Source of the DNA: Leucoraja ocellata
Lineage: Eukaryota
Reading direction: 5' to 3'
NCBI GenBank assembly: GCA_036785375.1
Contig: JAWMAR010000044.1
Location: 2,852,001-2,916,000, forward strand
DNA: 64,000 nt
Shown here one piece after another: positions 11,811 to 24,835 of this stretch; positions within the stretch are counted from its first letter, which is position 1, and every line of letters begins with the position of its first letter. The notes under the pieces were generated by a model. The model did no database searches. It was given only the letters and a program-made list of their open reading frames with translations, and had not been told where the DNA came from. The translations under genes were made by a program, and so were the position numbers.

Positions 11811-12371
11811 GGGGTTTTAGGTTTGGCGGTAAATTTATTGCCATTTTTAAAGCTCATGTTATATTGACTTTTGTATTCGGTGTGGACATTAAACATGAAA
11901 CAAATGTATTCAAAGTTTCAAAATATGATGATCATTTTTACAAAGAATAGTCTTTAATATTGCAGCATCTGCAGATAATGCATGTCTATCTACCCTTGTG
12001 CTGCCTACAAAACAGTGGGTAGTCAAGCTTGGCGAACATAATGAAATACTGCATTAGTATTAAATATTTGTGATCTCTATAACTCTTGGCAGAGCAATAC
12101 CCTTTGGCCCAATGGTGCTGCCTGAGCTCAAGACCTCTTTCATTATTAGAGAGACGAATGTCAAGGTCACAGTGTCTCTGTTCTAAGAGAAGATTTATCC
12201 AGCGGTAGATGCAAATGACAGAATCCATTAAAATGACCTCATCAATTAAAATAAATAAATAGCGATGGACAGGCAATATATTTTTGATGAAGATGCCTTT
12301 TCCGTTTTAAAAGCATTTTAGGAAAATAAAATTAGTATATAATTTTGGTTTGCAGTCATCAAAGGGGTAAT

Positions 12372-12642
12372 CTTTAGACTTCAGACTTTAGAGATACAGC
12401 TTGGAAACAGGCCCTTCAGCACTACCAAGTCCGCATTGACCAATGGTTGCCCTTTACAATTAACCTACAACCCTGTATGTCTTTGGTGTATGGGAGGAAA
12501 CCTGAGCACCCGGAGAAAACCCATTCGGTTCACAGGGAAAACATACTGTACAAACTCCGTACAGACAGCACCCATAGTCGGGATCGAACCTGGGTCTCTG
12601 GCGCTGTAAGGCAGCAACTCTACCACTGCGCCACTGTGCCAC
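12372..12642 (-). mobile_element. HE1/V-SINE
   Basis: Complete head, V-domain and (tttagac)n tail. Confidence 0.85.
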
Positions 12643-13534
12643 CCAAATTAATCCTATAATTAAGTGTCCCAGCAAAGATCTGCAGTCAGTGCAATGTGTG
12701 GGAGCTGCTTTTCTGGTGTTTTATCTATATCCTAACAACTTCACTCCCATCTGGAAACAGGTGAGTGCAAATTTAAACTTGCTATTTGAGTCTGCTTACT
12801 TTGGATTTGGCTGTTGAGAAAACATGTGCAGATTTTCCCTCATGGATCAACTAATTGATGCATATTAACTATATTCCATAAATTAATATTTCTGTTTATC
12901 CTATTCAGAGGGTTTATCGGTGAGGCCTCAAATGGTTTAGACATGTGGCGAATTTAACCCCACCTAAAATAAATATACTATTCCTCTCAAATATCACCAT
13001 TAAATTCAATTCGATGTTAAAATAAAGTTATGTGGATACTTTTACCCTCTGTTTTTCTCTTTTATATCCCTAGTTTTAGTTTAGTTTATTGTCACGTGTA
13101 TCCATGATTATAATCAAACAGTCCGCATTGCACAGATCTGCTGTTGAAGTAATAATTTAAAAGAGTGGAGCGTTTGTAATAAATGATTGCAGATCCACTT
13201 CTGGGACCAGCATACATGGAGTCACCTGGCTACGATGCCATCTTGGTTCCGATCTTTTCCCTTTCATAAAGGAATGACATATCTTCTGGATAACAGCTGC
13301 CCTGCACTATCTTCCTTATTTGTCCACGCTTCATTTGTATACCCCTTACAAATGGAGGTAGCAGGCGATTTGATCAGTCTTTGAGAGCACAGCCAAGCTT
13401 GCCCTGCTTGAGGTGATGCTTTCTGCTGTATGCCCATCTTGAAATAGTAAATGTATGCAAACACCAAGAGCATGTCTAAAAGTAAACAGAAACTGCACTG
13501 CAATCCACAGAATTATTTTCATCTCAGGAATAAG

Positions 13535-13790
13535 AGTCAAGTCAAGAGTCAAGAGAGTTTATTGTCATGTGTCCCAGGTAGGACAATGGAATTCTTGCTT
13601 TGTTTCAGCACAACAGAATATAGTAGGCATGGAAACAGAACAGATCAGTGAGTCCATATACCATTATATAAATATATACACACATCAATAAATAGACAGA
13701 TAACATGCAAATAAACAGATAATGGTCTATTAATGTTCAGAGATTTCAGTTGTTTAATAGCCTGATGGCTGTGGGGAAGTAGCTATTTCT
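13535..13790 (-). mobile_element. Rex1-type LINE 3' end
   Basis: (gtcaaga)n tail, tttattgtcatgtg, gcctgatggctgtggggaagtagct. Confidence 0.65.
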
Positions 13791-14024
13791 ATTAATGATA
13801 ATTTATGATAATTAATAAATTAAGAAAGCCGTGTCCCTATATTTAACTTTTAGAAGTGGAATTATGACCATATCATAGAGAATTAGACGGTTTGTTGTTG
13901 GGCCACACCAAGAACAGTCCTGAGCTCTACATCAGTTTTAATCAAATAAGCTATGAATAAGAGTACATTAAAACAGACTTTATCGGACTTCACTGTTGCA
14001 TCTTTACACTAAATGTTGTACCTT

Positions 14025-14341
14025 TAGACTCTGGACCTCATAAAACAGGGTGAAAACAGGCCCTTCGGCCCATCGGGTCCACGCTGATCAGCGGTCGCCG
14101 TACATTAGACACTAACACTATCTTACACGTTAGGGACAATATAAAATTGTCCCAAAGCCAATGAACAAACAAACCTGTACGTCTTTGGGATGTGGGAGGA
14201 AATCGGAGCACCTGGGAAAAACTCACACGGTCACGGGGAGAACATGCAAACTCCACACAGACAACACTCGCCGTCGTCAGGATCAAACCCGCATTTCTGG
14301 CGCTGCGAGACAGCACCTCCACCACTGCGCCACAGTGCCAC
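14025..14341 (-). mobile_element. HE1/V-SINE
   Basis: Head, V-domain and tail on the reverse strand. Confidence 0.85.
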
Positions 14342-15129
14342 ACTTTGTATTGTATTCTGGGCATTGAATAGACTTTATCCTTTATCTGTGCACTGCAGAC
14401 AGTTTGATTGTATTCATGTCTAGTCTATTCTTTGACTGGATGACATGCAAACAAAAGCTTTTCACTATACCTCGATACACGTGGTAAACTTAACTAAACT
14501 AAAAGAAGTGAGAAACATTTATGATCTGTGGCCTCTAACATGGCTGCCTCAATTATTGTTAGCTTTTAGTGGAGCAAGGCCAGAGGAGAGAGTGACCCCA
14601 GGAGTGCAGAGGGCAAGGGGACTGTTCCACTTCAGGGAAAGAAGTACCTTAGGCAGTAAATCTATGCAACAGTGTCAGGTTTTTAGATACAATAGAGGAG
14701 CAAGGGCTCAGCAGAGAACTTAGAACAGAAACAGGATTAGTGAACCTTTCGCATTGCACAGTTGACAACAATGTGCACTAACCCTTACACCGGCAGAACC
14801 TTGCAGGCACCCATATGGGTGGGGAACTGACAATGTTGCCATTGACATCACCATGATGGAGTTATCACCTACATGCAGTTTGACAGTGACCAGCAACACC
14901 CCCAGTAACAAAAGTAGATGCATATCAATGCTTGTCTTAAAACGACAGGCCATTCATGCAGCAACCATCAATCCCATAGTCTATTAGACAAAGGTCTATT
15001 CAGCTGTCAACATTTAAATATTTATGCATCATTGACAATAAGCACGATGCAATAATGGGTGGTTCCAGGGCAAGGATAGAGAGGGTAGGGATGGCGGAGT
15101 GTTGAGCAGAACATTGTGAAGGTTTCCTG

Positions 15130-15462
15130 AGGTGGCACAGTGGGGCAGCGGTAGAGTTGCTGCCTCACAGCGCCAGAGACCCAGGTTCAATCCTGACTAT
15201 GGGCGCTGTCTGTACGGAGTTTGTGCATTCTCCCTGTGACCGTGTGGGTTTTCTCCAGGTGCTCCAGTTTCCTCCCACACACCAAAGGCATACAAGATGT
15301 GCAGGTTTGTAGGTTTGTAGCCCAATTAAGTTAATTGGCATCGGTAAAATTGTAAAATGTCCCTAGGGTGTAGGATGGTGTCAGTGTACGGGGTGATCGC
15401 TGGTCGGCACGGACTCAATGGGCCGAAGGGCCAGTTTCCGTGCTGTGTCTCTCAAGTCTAAA
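15130..15462 (+). mobile_element. HE1/V-SINE
   Basis: Head, V-domain and tail. Confidence 0.9.
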
Positions 15463-15607
15463 CTTTTGTTATGAGACATGATTGAGCTCTTGAAAAGAGA
15501 GCAGACAGTTGTAGATCTTGGCTGTGTAATGTAGTCAGAGACAATAGCATCCTCTATATAATGTACATAACCCAGTAGAGGATGAATAGTCCAAGATATA
15601 CAAACAA

Positions 15608-15738
15608 GTCTGAAGAAGCGTTTCGGCCTGAAACGTTGCCTATCTCCTTCGCTCCATAGATGCTGCTGCACCCGCTGAGTTTCTCCAGCATTTTTGTGTA
15701 CCTTCGATTTTCCAGCATCTGCAGTTCCTTCTTAAACA
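15608..15738 (+). mobile_element. 131-bp Penelope-derived hammerhead unit with 12-bp TSD
   Basis: TSD atatacaaacaa at 15596-15607 / 15739-15750. The unit starts gtCTGAAGAagcgtttcggcctGAAAcgTT. Confidence 0.85.
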
Positions 15739-16159
15739 ATATACAAACAAATCATTGTATTCACTGACATACGTGACACTAAACATCATAAAGACAAAGG
15801 TGTAATATTCCCTGAAGCAATATGAGAAATTATAAGAAATGTTGCCTAAAATTGTTAATGACACGTATCCTAACGTAGACTAAACCACGGAGCAATAACA
15901 AGCTACAGAAGAGCAAGAAGTTGCTGGTGTGTGCTCTCTCTATTATAGTGAGTGATCAACTAACAAGTTAAAGGGGATACTGGAATTCCACATTGTGGAT
16001 ATGTGACTTCCCATGATATCCCTGAATCAGTGCTCAAATATACATCATTGTGTTTGCCGAAAGCTTATTGCTTGCTGAAGCATTTCCTGCATTCAAAATG
16101 GGGTACAAAGAGTGGCACCGGATTGTTGGTATTATCCATGAATGCATTTACTAGAGGAC

Positions 16160-16268
16160 ATAGACACAGAGTGCTGGAGCATCTCAGCGGATCAGTCAGC
16201 TTCCCACGAGAACCTGTATAGGTGAAATTTCGGGTCTGAACCCTTCTTCAGACAGGCTGAAACGTCAT
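16160..16268 (-). mobile_element. Penelope-derived unit with hammerhead core at 16224-16251
   Basis: Reverse complement reads gtctgaagaagggttcagacccgaaatttcacc. Confidence 0.75.
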
Positions 16269-17477
16269 TTGGCTTTGCAAATCCTTTATCACCAACATAC
16301 TTCATTTGGATTATGTGAAACAGAACTCTTGATTCCCAGCAAAAACTTCATCCAGTTGACACAGGCAGGTTTTAAGAATGCAGCCAGGTACATCATCAGT
16401 GCCAGACGCTTTTGGATGGTTCACCCTCATGAAGGATCTTCTGATATCAGCCTTGGTGACTGAGATTACTGTGCCACCATGGTTGTTGGAAGCCAATCAT
16501 TTAGGACTTCACTATTAATGCAGGAGTTTCCCATGGCAGCATCCACCATTAGCTGATTCATCAAGAGTCTCTCTATGGTCAAATACAAATCAAGTAATTA
16601 ACAAATAATTTTCTGATGTCCAGCACATTCATGTCCTTTCCAATAAGAAAATGAGACATGACAGCCTAGAGGAGGAACTGAACCACTTGTACTCTGCAGA
16701 GATAGATACAAAGTGCCGGAGTAACTCAGCAGGTCAGGAGGAAAGGATAGGTCTGAAGAAGAGTCGGGTACCTTGTTCAGACTGAAAGTAGGGGGTGGGT
16801 GAGGGGGGTGAAGAGCTGGAGGTGAGAAAAGACCAAGACCAGGTCTGCGGTTCTTGGTTTCTATACTCTACAGGGAATTGATTACTCCAAACCCCATCAG
16901 CCAGCTCCATGGTATCTGCAGCCACAAGTAGCAATCCACAAATTCTTCTCACCCTGGCCTCGGCTTTGATCATTTGAGACAAAATGTTTTGCGCCAATGA
17001 CTCTTTTGGTCAGTGCATTGACATTTATGGCACCCGTGAACCATTACATTTTGAGCTCAACAATTAACTACCATGAACATAATACAGAATTAGGTCAAAA
17101 TAAATTTGTAGTCATCAGACAAGCATCACATTTGCTTTCCTGCAATACACTTCAGTGTTCACATCCGAAAGGGGTTTCTGACTGTAATGGAAGGGAGACA
17201 CAAAGTGCTGCAGTAACTCAGCGGGTGAGGCAGCATCTCTAGAGAAAAATTGCTGGAGATAAACCAACATCTGCAGTTCCTTCCTACACATCTTGTAATG
17301 GAAACTGGTGTCAGGCTTCAGTTATTACCACAGCCGTAACACAACATGGTGTCAGAAGTGGGATTCGAGTGCTGAACAAAACACTCAAAACTCCCTATCT
17401 CTATAGACTCCTCCTTGTAAGAATTCTGTGCTACAATCCTGGCAATTTCCACATCACAGATGATTAATCTTCCCTGA

Positions 17478-17755
17478 GTGGCACACTTATGTAGTGGTAG
17501 TACCGTTAGCTCAACACCAGAGACCCCGGTCCAGTCATGACATTGGATGCTGTTTGTAGACAATTTCCACAAATTTCCTGTGACCATGTGGGTTACCTCT
17601 TGTTTCCTTCCACATCCCAGAGATGTGCAGATTTGTTAGCTAATTGGCCACCATAAATTACCTCTGGTGTGTAGGTGAGTAATGGAATTTGGGGGACATT
17701 GATGAGAATGTGAGGTTTTTTTTAAATGGGATTCATGTGGGATTTGTGTAACGGG
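17478..17755 (+). mobile_element. Diverged V-SINE
   Basis: Degenerate head and V-domain. Confidence 0.6.
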
Positions 17756-17761
17756 TTGGGC

Positions 17762-18060
17762 AAAACACAAAATGCTGGACTGAGCGGTCAGGCAGTATCC
17801 ATGGAGGACATGAACTGGCAGCGTTTTGGATGGGGACCCATCTTTAGACTCTTAAAAAAAATCTCCTGCAGATGTAGAGGAAAGTGCCTGATGGGGTGGG
17901 GGCCAGTTTGGGTGGGAAGGGATGAGTGAACCAAGGAGTTGCAAAGCAATTGGGCTCTGCAGAAAGTGGAAAGCGGTGGTGTTGGGAAGAAGTGGCTGGT
18001 GATGGGATCACGTTGAAGGTGACTGAAATGTCAGAGAATAGTATGTTGATGGTTGGCATG
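17762..18060 (-). mobile_element. Penelope-like element remnant (degenerate hammerhead unit plus ORF piece)
   Basis: Same body as the other units. Downstream sequence resembles 39470-39640 (...aaccaaggagttgc...). Confidence 0.6.
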
Positions 18061-19043
18061 GACGCAGGGGTTGGAATTCACCAGCTAATCCATTCTTCCC
18101 CAATATCGCTCTCTCCACTCATTTAAGGCGATCTTTAAAACTTACTATCAACTCAAGGTTTTTTCACTATTTATTTGTTTAAGAGTCAATGAGATTTGTG
18201 GATCTGGGGCTCTTTTAGTGTTTTGGTGAGCCATTTATATTATTGATTGATTATCTTGTGAGTTCTTGGTCACCAATATGTTTCTATTCTAGATTTATGT
18301 AATTACTTGACTTTAAGTTCTCCATCTCTGGTGATGGGAATTGATTTCATGTCATTGGGTCAATAGCTTTGGATTTTAGATTAGTAACTAAACCACCACA
18401 GTGCTGTGCCCCGTGACACCTGTATTAATTTGAAGCTCTCTGTCAATGTTTATATGATCATACTTATGTGAAGGGATTTTGGTAGTTTTACTGATAAGGT
18501 TGTTACAAGGATACAAATTGCTATTGATGATGATCAGATGATGGTTCTTGTGGTTAAGTAGAGGAACGACACTTACTCTCCATGCTCCCGAGTGAACAAT
18601 GGACTAATGGATGAAGAATCACGGGGGAGCTACTGGTTGAGGGATCAGAAGCCAGACCGCACCCATGAAACAGAACCACATGTTGTCACGAGTCAGTGGT
18701 TTCATGATAAGGTGCATTGTGCATTGTATCCCATTAGCAACTGAGGACAGTGAACCATATGCCAAAGAGGAAATCTTACAAAGACTTACAGTAACTTAGA
18801 AAAGTATGTACCATTGGTAGTATATTTCAATTAGAAATAATAATGAACATGTAAAAAATGATGTGCTCTTAATCTTTCAGTCTCTCTCTCATCCTTCAAT
18901 TATATTATTGTCCAGTATTCTCAAGGTCTTAAAAGTCTTTTGCTTGCAATATAGATCCCAATGTTAAACCTACACACCCAAAATGCGCACACACACCCAC
19001 ACCCTGATGCACTTCGACAGAGAGCCACAGCTACACAGACACA

Positions 19044-19219
19044 NNNNNNNNNNNNNNNNNNNNNNNNNNNNNNNNNNNNNNNNNNNNNNNNNNNNNNNNN
19101 NNNNNNNNNNNNNNNNNNNNNNNNNNNNNNNNNNNNNNNNNNNNNNNNNNNNNNNNNNNNNNNNNNNNNNNNNNNNNNNNNNNNNNNNNNNNNNNNNNNN
19201 NNNNNNNNNNNNNNNNNNN
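19044..19219. other. Assembly gap
   Basis: Run of N next to CA-rich sequence. Confidence 1.
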
Positions 19220-20007
19220 GCCCTATGGTTTTGCTTATCTGTTACCATACAGTAATGCACCAATGAATCAATAAAATGATGACAACGCAATCTGTAAAAT
19301 AACAAGCTTGTTGAAATACTGCCCTCATCTGCACAGAGCTGAAGTTAATAATTAATAACATATTGATGGAGAGTATGTATTGATGGATTGCATACTACTC
19401 CAATATCAGGGATATGGAGAGAGTTCTATTAAAGGTCTGCTCTATCTTTGGAGAGATTGATTTCTAACGCAGTAAGTAAAATGCAGCTGGTTGACAATAT
19501 TTAGGAGAAAGGTGCACAGATTCCCAGAATTTATGCTTTGGAGAAGAAATCCATTGGCCAAACATTACTATTTTCCCTACTTCATGGCAAAATTCAATTG
19601 GATGGTTTAAAGGAGATATCCATACCCCACCAGGGAAGTCAAAGGATATTACAATCATGCTGCTTGATCATTAGGTTATTTTATGACTGATAATGATAAT
19701 GTTTTAATCATAATTTTCAACTATTACTCTGCTTATTCTCTCATTATTTAATTACTTTAAAATATATTTTGGTTTTAGTTTGGTTTGGTTGATGCAACTG
19801 ATTGCAAAATGATTCATTCGTTAGTATTGCTATTGGTATAATTGTCACTTGTGCCGAAATACAGTGATAAACCTTTTTTGCACGCTATCCAGGCAAGTTG
19901 TGCCACACATAAGTACATCAGATAGTGCAAAATAGAAAATAGTGTTACAACTGCAGAGAAAGTGCAGATGGAAAGCAGGGAATCATATCTGCTGAGAGAA
20001 ATGTTTG

Positions 20008-20285
20008 AAGTTTAGTTTAATTTAATTTAGAGATAGAGTGTGGAAGCAAGCCCTTCTGTCCACTGAGTCTGCTCTGACCAGCAATCACCTATACACCAGT
20101 TCTATCCTACACCCCAGGGTCAATTTACGGAAGCCAATTAACCCACAAACCGGAGCACTCGGAGAAAAACCACGTGGTCAAAGGAGGAGCATGCAAACTC
20201 CATACACACTGCACCCGTGGTCAGGCTTGAACCTGGTCTCTGGTGCTGCAAGACAGCAACTTAATTGCTGCACCACTGTGCCGCT
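20008..20285 (-). mobile_element. HE1/V-SINE
   Basis: Head and tail on the reverse strand, internal deletion. Confidence 0.8.
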
Positions 20286-20734
20286 CTGATCTGAACAGTA
20301 CCGGTTCTTGCCACAGAAAATGGAATTGTCCTATTTTCCAAGGATTTGCAACCATAAAAACAAACGCATGAGAAAGTCCCAAATAAAATTGTTGCTTAGA
20401 GGGCTGAATAGTTTTGATTGGAAGTTATTCTTTAACTGTCGGATAACATGGATTTCCCAGCTCATGGGTTGGATGTAAAAGACTCACCAAGATTCATTTA
20501 CCCCTCAGTTCCTGACTCCATGACTATGGCTCCTGGTGAAACAACAACTCAATTTTAAATTCCTTTACTTTCTTTGCAGCTCTCTAATTCAACTCCTTCA
20601 TTATCCCAGAATTTTTTAATCACTCCTTGCCCTTGTGAGAAACTCAAAACTTGCAGATTTGAACTTTGAATAAGCCTACAGTCATCTGACCTGATTTCCC
20701 TTTATGTTCTCTAAGTTTATAAAATGATGAAACA

Positions 20735-21090
20735 ATAGATAGGGTAGACAGTCAGAACCTGTTTCCTCCTTGGTGTCAAAGACAAAGTCAAAGAATAGAG
20801 GGCACAGCTCTAAGGTAAGAGTGAAAAGTTGAAAGGAGATGAGCTGGGCAAATGTTTGGCACAGCGAGTGGTGGGTGCCTGTAACGCATTGCTGGGGTGA
20901 TGGTAGAGGCAGATACAGTAAAGGCATTGAAGAGGCGTTTAAATAGGAATATGGATATGCAGATAATGGAGGGATAAAGGTCATGGGCATGCAGAAATTA
21001 ATGTAACTTGGTATCAGGTGCGGCACAGACTTGATGGGCTGAAGGGCCAGTTCTGCAACTGTGCAGCACTGTATATTTTCAATGTGCTAT
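20735..21090 (+). mobile_element. CR1 3' fragment
   Basis: gatagggtagacagtcagaacct...gatgggctgaagggcc. Confidence 0.75.
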
Positions 21091-21702
21091 GCAACCTGGC
21101 ACAATTATTGCTTGAAAGTATTCTGGTGAAGCCCACTGTAGCAGTTTGCTGCCTTAATGACAGCAACTAAATGGAGGTAACTGCAGCTGCAGGAACTGAT
21201 GTTTCTCGTTCATCACAGCAGAAGCAGTTCACTCCTATTGCAAGGAATAGGGACCTCTTCCATCTGCCATTGACTCACGTTGTTTATCTACCTTGATTGA
21301 ATGCCTGCATTCCAGCACAGTTGATTTCCACCTGCCCTTCATCCTGCATTTGCTCTTAGTTCTGGGTAGCGCTGTTTCAATCCATGGTTCACAAACCCTG
21401 GCTCTATAGTCACTCGCATGCCTTTGACTTTGCCTTCAACATTGGAGCTCACACATCATCACTTGACTCAGCAAGTCACATGCCTGCCCTTGACTTCACA
21501 CTTCAGACCTTCCTCCTTGATTCAGCACTTCACCAGCTCATCCCCGCCTCGTGCACATTCGCTCGCTTATCCTGTGAGAGCAAAGTAAAACCTGGAAGCG
21601 GAACACAATTCCAGTATTCATTCCTTATTACTGTTTCACAATATTAATCCGTACTGGGTGCCTGGAACGCATTGCCGGGGTGGTGGTGGAGGCAGGGACA
21701 CT

Positions 21703-22795
21703 TAAATTCCCGATGTTGGGGGAGTCCAGAACCAGGGGCCACAGTTTAAGAATAAGGAGTAAGCCATTTAGATTGGAGACGAGGGAACACTTTTTCTCAC
21801 AGAGAATGAATGAATGAATGAATGAATCTCTTTATTGTCATTGCACATGGTACAACGAAATTTAAAAGTCAATCCCACGGTGCGATTCACAAGAGCAATT
21901 TTAAATATATAAGAAAAGAAAAGGTAAAAATATATACATATTTTAAAAAATTACAGATAAATAACAATAGCAGCTGAGGTAGAACCATTCAGTTCAATGT
22001 GAGTGTTATTTCTTATTTTGCATTGTTAAGTTCACATATGGCTATGGGGGTAGAAGCTGTCTCTGAGTCTGTTTGTGCGAGTTTTGAAAGACCTGTACCG
22101 TCTGCCAGAGGGCAGCAGGTGGAACAGGTTGTGTCCAGGGTGGGAAGGGTCCTTCAGGATGTTGGCTGCCCTGCCAAGGCAGCGAGAGCTGAAGATGTCC
22201 TTCAGGGAAGGCAGTGGGCAGCCAGTGGTTTTTTGTGCGGTGTTGATGACCCTTTGAAGGCTCTCCTGTCCGCTGCAGAGCAGCTGGCATACCATGTGGT
22301 TATACAGTACGCCAGCACACTCTCGATGGAGCAGCGGTAGAAGGACACCAGCAGCTTCTCCTCCAGGTTGTTTTTCCTGAGGATCCTCAGAAAGTAGAGT
22401 CGCTGCTGGGCCTTCTTGACTGCTGTGGTGGTGTTTGTAGTCCAGGAGAGATCCTCTGTAATTTGTGTGCCCAGGAATCTGAAGTCTGAGACCCTTTCCA
22501 CACAGTCCCCATTGATGAATAGGGATTTGGGGGCTGCACTGTTCTTATGGAAGAACAGAGAGTGGTGAGTCTGTGGAATTCTCTGCCTCAGAGGGCGGTG
22601 GAGGCAGGTTCTCCGGATGCTTTCAAGAGAGAGCTAGATAGGGCTCTTAAAAATAGCAGAGTCAGGGGATATGGGGAGAAAGCAGGAACGGGGTACTGAT
22701 TGGGGATGATCAGCCATGATCACATTGAATGGCGGTTCTGGCTTGAAGGGCCAAATGGCCTGCTCCTGCACCTATTGTCTATTGTCTATTGTCTA
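21703..22795 (+). mobile_element. Young CR1/HER1 3' fragment interrupted by Rex1
   Basis: Continuous CR1 sequence ...tttttctcacagag|agtggtgagtctgtggaattc...; (ctattgt)n tail. Confidence 0.85.
21806..22554 (-). mobile_element. Rex1/Babar LINE, 5'-truncated
   Basis: ERVSDFRFLG...LSWTTNT...KKAQQRLYFLRILRK...FYRCSIESVL...WY; (ATTC)n tail. TSD acagaga at 21799-21805 / 22555-22561. Confidence 0.9.
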
Positions 22796-23065
22796 TAAAG
22801 ACGTTTAAGAAGCTTTTGGAGAGGCATATTGATACGCAGAGAATGGAGGGATAAGAATCACTTGCAGGCAGATGCGTTGAACTTGATATCACGTTCAGCA
22901 CAGATTTGGTGGGCTGAAGGGCCTGCTCTGTGCTGCACTTTTTAAATTTTCTATGTGTTATGTGACCTGGCACAATTAAAGTATTCTGGCGATTCTTGTG
23001 ACAGTTTGCTACCTTAATGACAGCATCTGTAAGAGCTGATTTTCTTGTTAATCCTAGCAGTGTAA

Positions 23066-23367
23066 GTTTAGACTTTAGACATTAGAGATACAGCACAGAA
23101 ACAGGCCCTTCAGCACACCAAATCCGCATCGACCAGCAATCACCCCGTACATTAACACTATCCTACACACTAGGGCTAATCCACAATTTTTTTGCCAAAA
23201 CCTGTACGTCTTTGGAGTGTGGGTGGAAACTGGAGCACCCGGAGAAAATCCACATGGTCACAGGGAGAATGTACAAACTTTGTACAGTCAGCACCCATAG
23301 TCAGGATCAAACCCGGGTCTCTGGCGCTGTAAGGCAGCAACTCTACCGCAACGCCATTGTGCTGCCC
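23066..23367 (-). mobile_element. HE1/V-SINE
   Basis: Head, V-domain and tail. Confidence 0.9.
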
Positions 23368-24396
23368 ACTGTGCTGTTATTCTATCAATTACTTTACTTA
23401 AACAAATGATGTTGGAACCAGAGCTTATAAATGTATATCTTAGTGATGCACGGCTCCAGCCTCTTGCTGTTCTTCACCAGATGATAAATAAGAAAGAAGA
23501 AAATGGAAGTCCAAAGCATGCCAATATGTTTTAACACATGTCTGTTGGCAGAGTATATTGATAATCTGACCTCTAGTTCCACGACAATCACCTGGGAGCC
23601 CTAAGTAACAGTGCTTCTGCTCGTAATGAATTGCACCGCAAATGAAAAGAAGATGGATTGAAAAATCCAAAAGTCCGCTGTGTCATGTATAATTGATGAT
23701 ATCCTGAGCGATGTTTTAGTAGCTAATAAATTATTAAAATCCAGCTCATTAGGGAAGATTTCATTATGGGATAATTTAATTAAATGACAGGTAAAAGGGT
23801 TATAGGGGCTGAATTCTCCTTTGGCTTCACCAAATATTGATGGGTTCGGGATGCCAGTGAATGATAATGGACCAAAATCTATAGTTTATAAATGGACTCT
23901 AACAGTGCTGAGACATTTCCCTCTATTGAAAGCTGTAAAGACAGAGAGAGGCTGATGTGCTTTTATGTGCATGTAAGAACTATCAAAAATAAGAGGAAAG
24001 GACTTTAACAACAGAGAAATGCAGGGAGAGAATCAGTAACACATTTCAGCACTTTATGCTTTTTTTAATGTTACACTTGGATATAAAAAGCTAATTAATA
24101 GCAATGTTGATCACTAAGCAGCCTGGCAGTTACCATCTAATCAGACAATATCATAGCATCTTCTAACAAGCACCTTCATTCCCAATTTCATTACTGCTTT
24201 CTTGGTCCCTTCCTCTTAACAACATACTTAAAGTTAGTTTCAAAATGTGGAGCATTTGTCATCAGTTTCTTGCATTTCAAAGACATTGGCCATTCAATGT
24301 AGATTTGTAAAGGATGGCAAGACTCGACGGTTTCAGTTGCCTTACGTTTTGTAAAAATTTATTCTATACAAAATGTTAAGTCACATAAGATATATT

Positions 24397-24835
24397 AAGG
24401 TAGACAAAAATGCTGGAGAAACTCAGCGGGTGAAGCAGCATCTATGGAGCGAGGGAATAGGTGACGTTTCAGGTTGAGACCCTTCTTCAGACTGATGTGG
24501 AGGTGGGGGGGGGGGGGGGGAGGTGGGAAGAAGAAAGGAAGAGGCGGAGACAGTAGGTGATGGGAGAGCTGGGAAGGGGAGGGGAAGGAGGGAGAAAGCA
24601 AGGACTACCTGAAATTGGAGAAGTCAATGTTCATACCGCTGGGGCGTAAACTGCCCAAGTGGAATATGTAGGTGCTGCTCCTCCAATTTGCGGTGGGACT
24701 CACTCTGGCCATGGAGGAGATAGAGTTCAGGCATAAGGCCAGTGTACGCCTGAACCAAGGATTGTTCAACGTACCCAACAAAGAGGCAGGCATAGCTGGG
24801 GCCCATGTGGGTGCCCATAGCTAAACCTTGGACTT
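24397..24835 (-). mobile_element. Penelope-like element fragment with internal deletion and intact hammerhead core (24463-24490)
   Basis: RT motif MGTHMGPSYACLFVGYVEQ is joined to the GIY-YIG C-terminus RKLEEQH..IFHLGSLRPSGMNIDF, then a 3'UTR and agtctgaagaagggtctcaacctgaaacgtcacc. Confidence 0.85.

Noticed and set aside
15130-15205. tRNA-like A/B boxes here and in the other SINE heads
   Set aside because: SINE heads contiguous with a V-domain; no complete cloverleaf, so not tRNA genes
18961-19305. ORFs spanning N runs (also 35250-35742)
   Set aside because: Artefacts of assembly gaps
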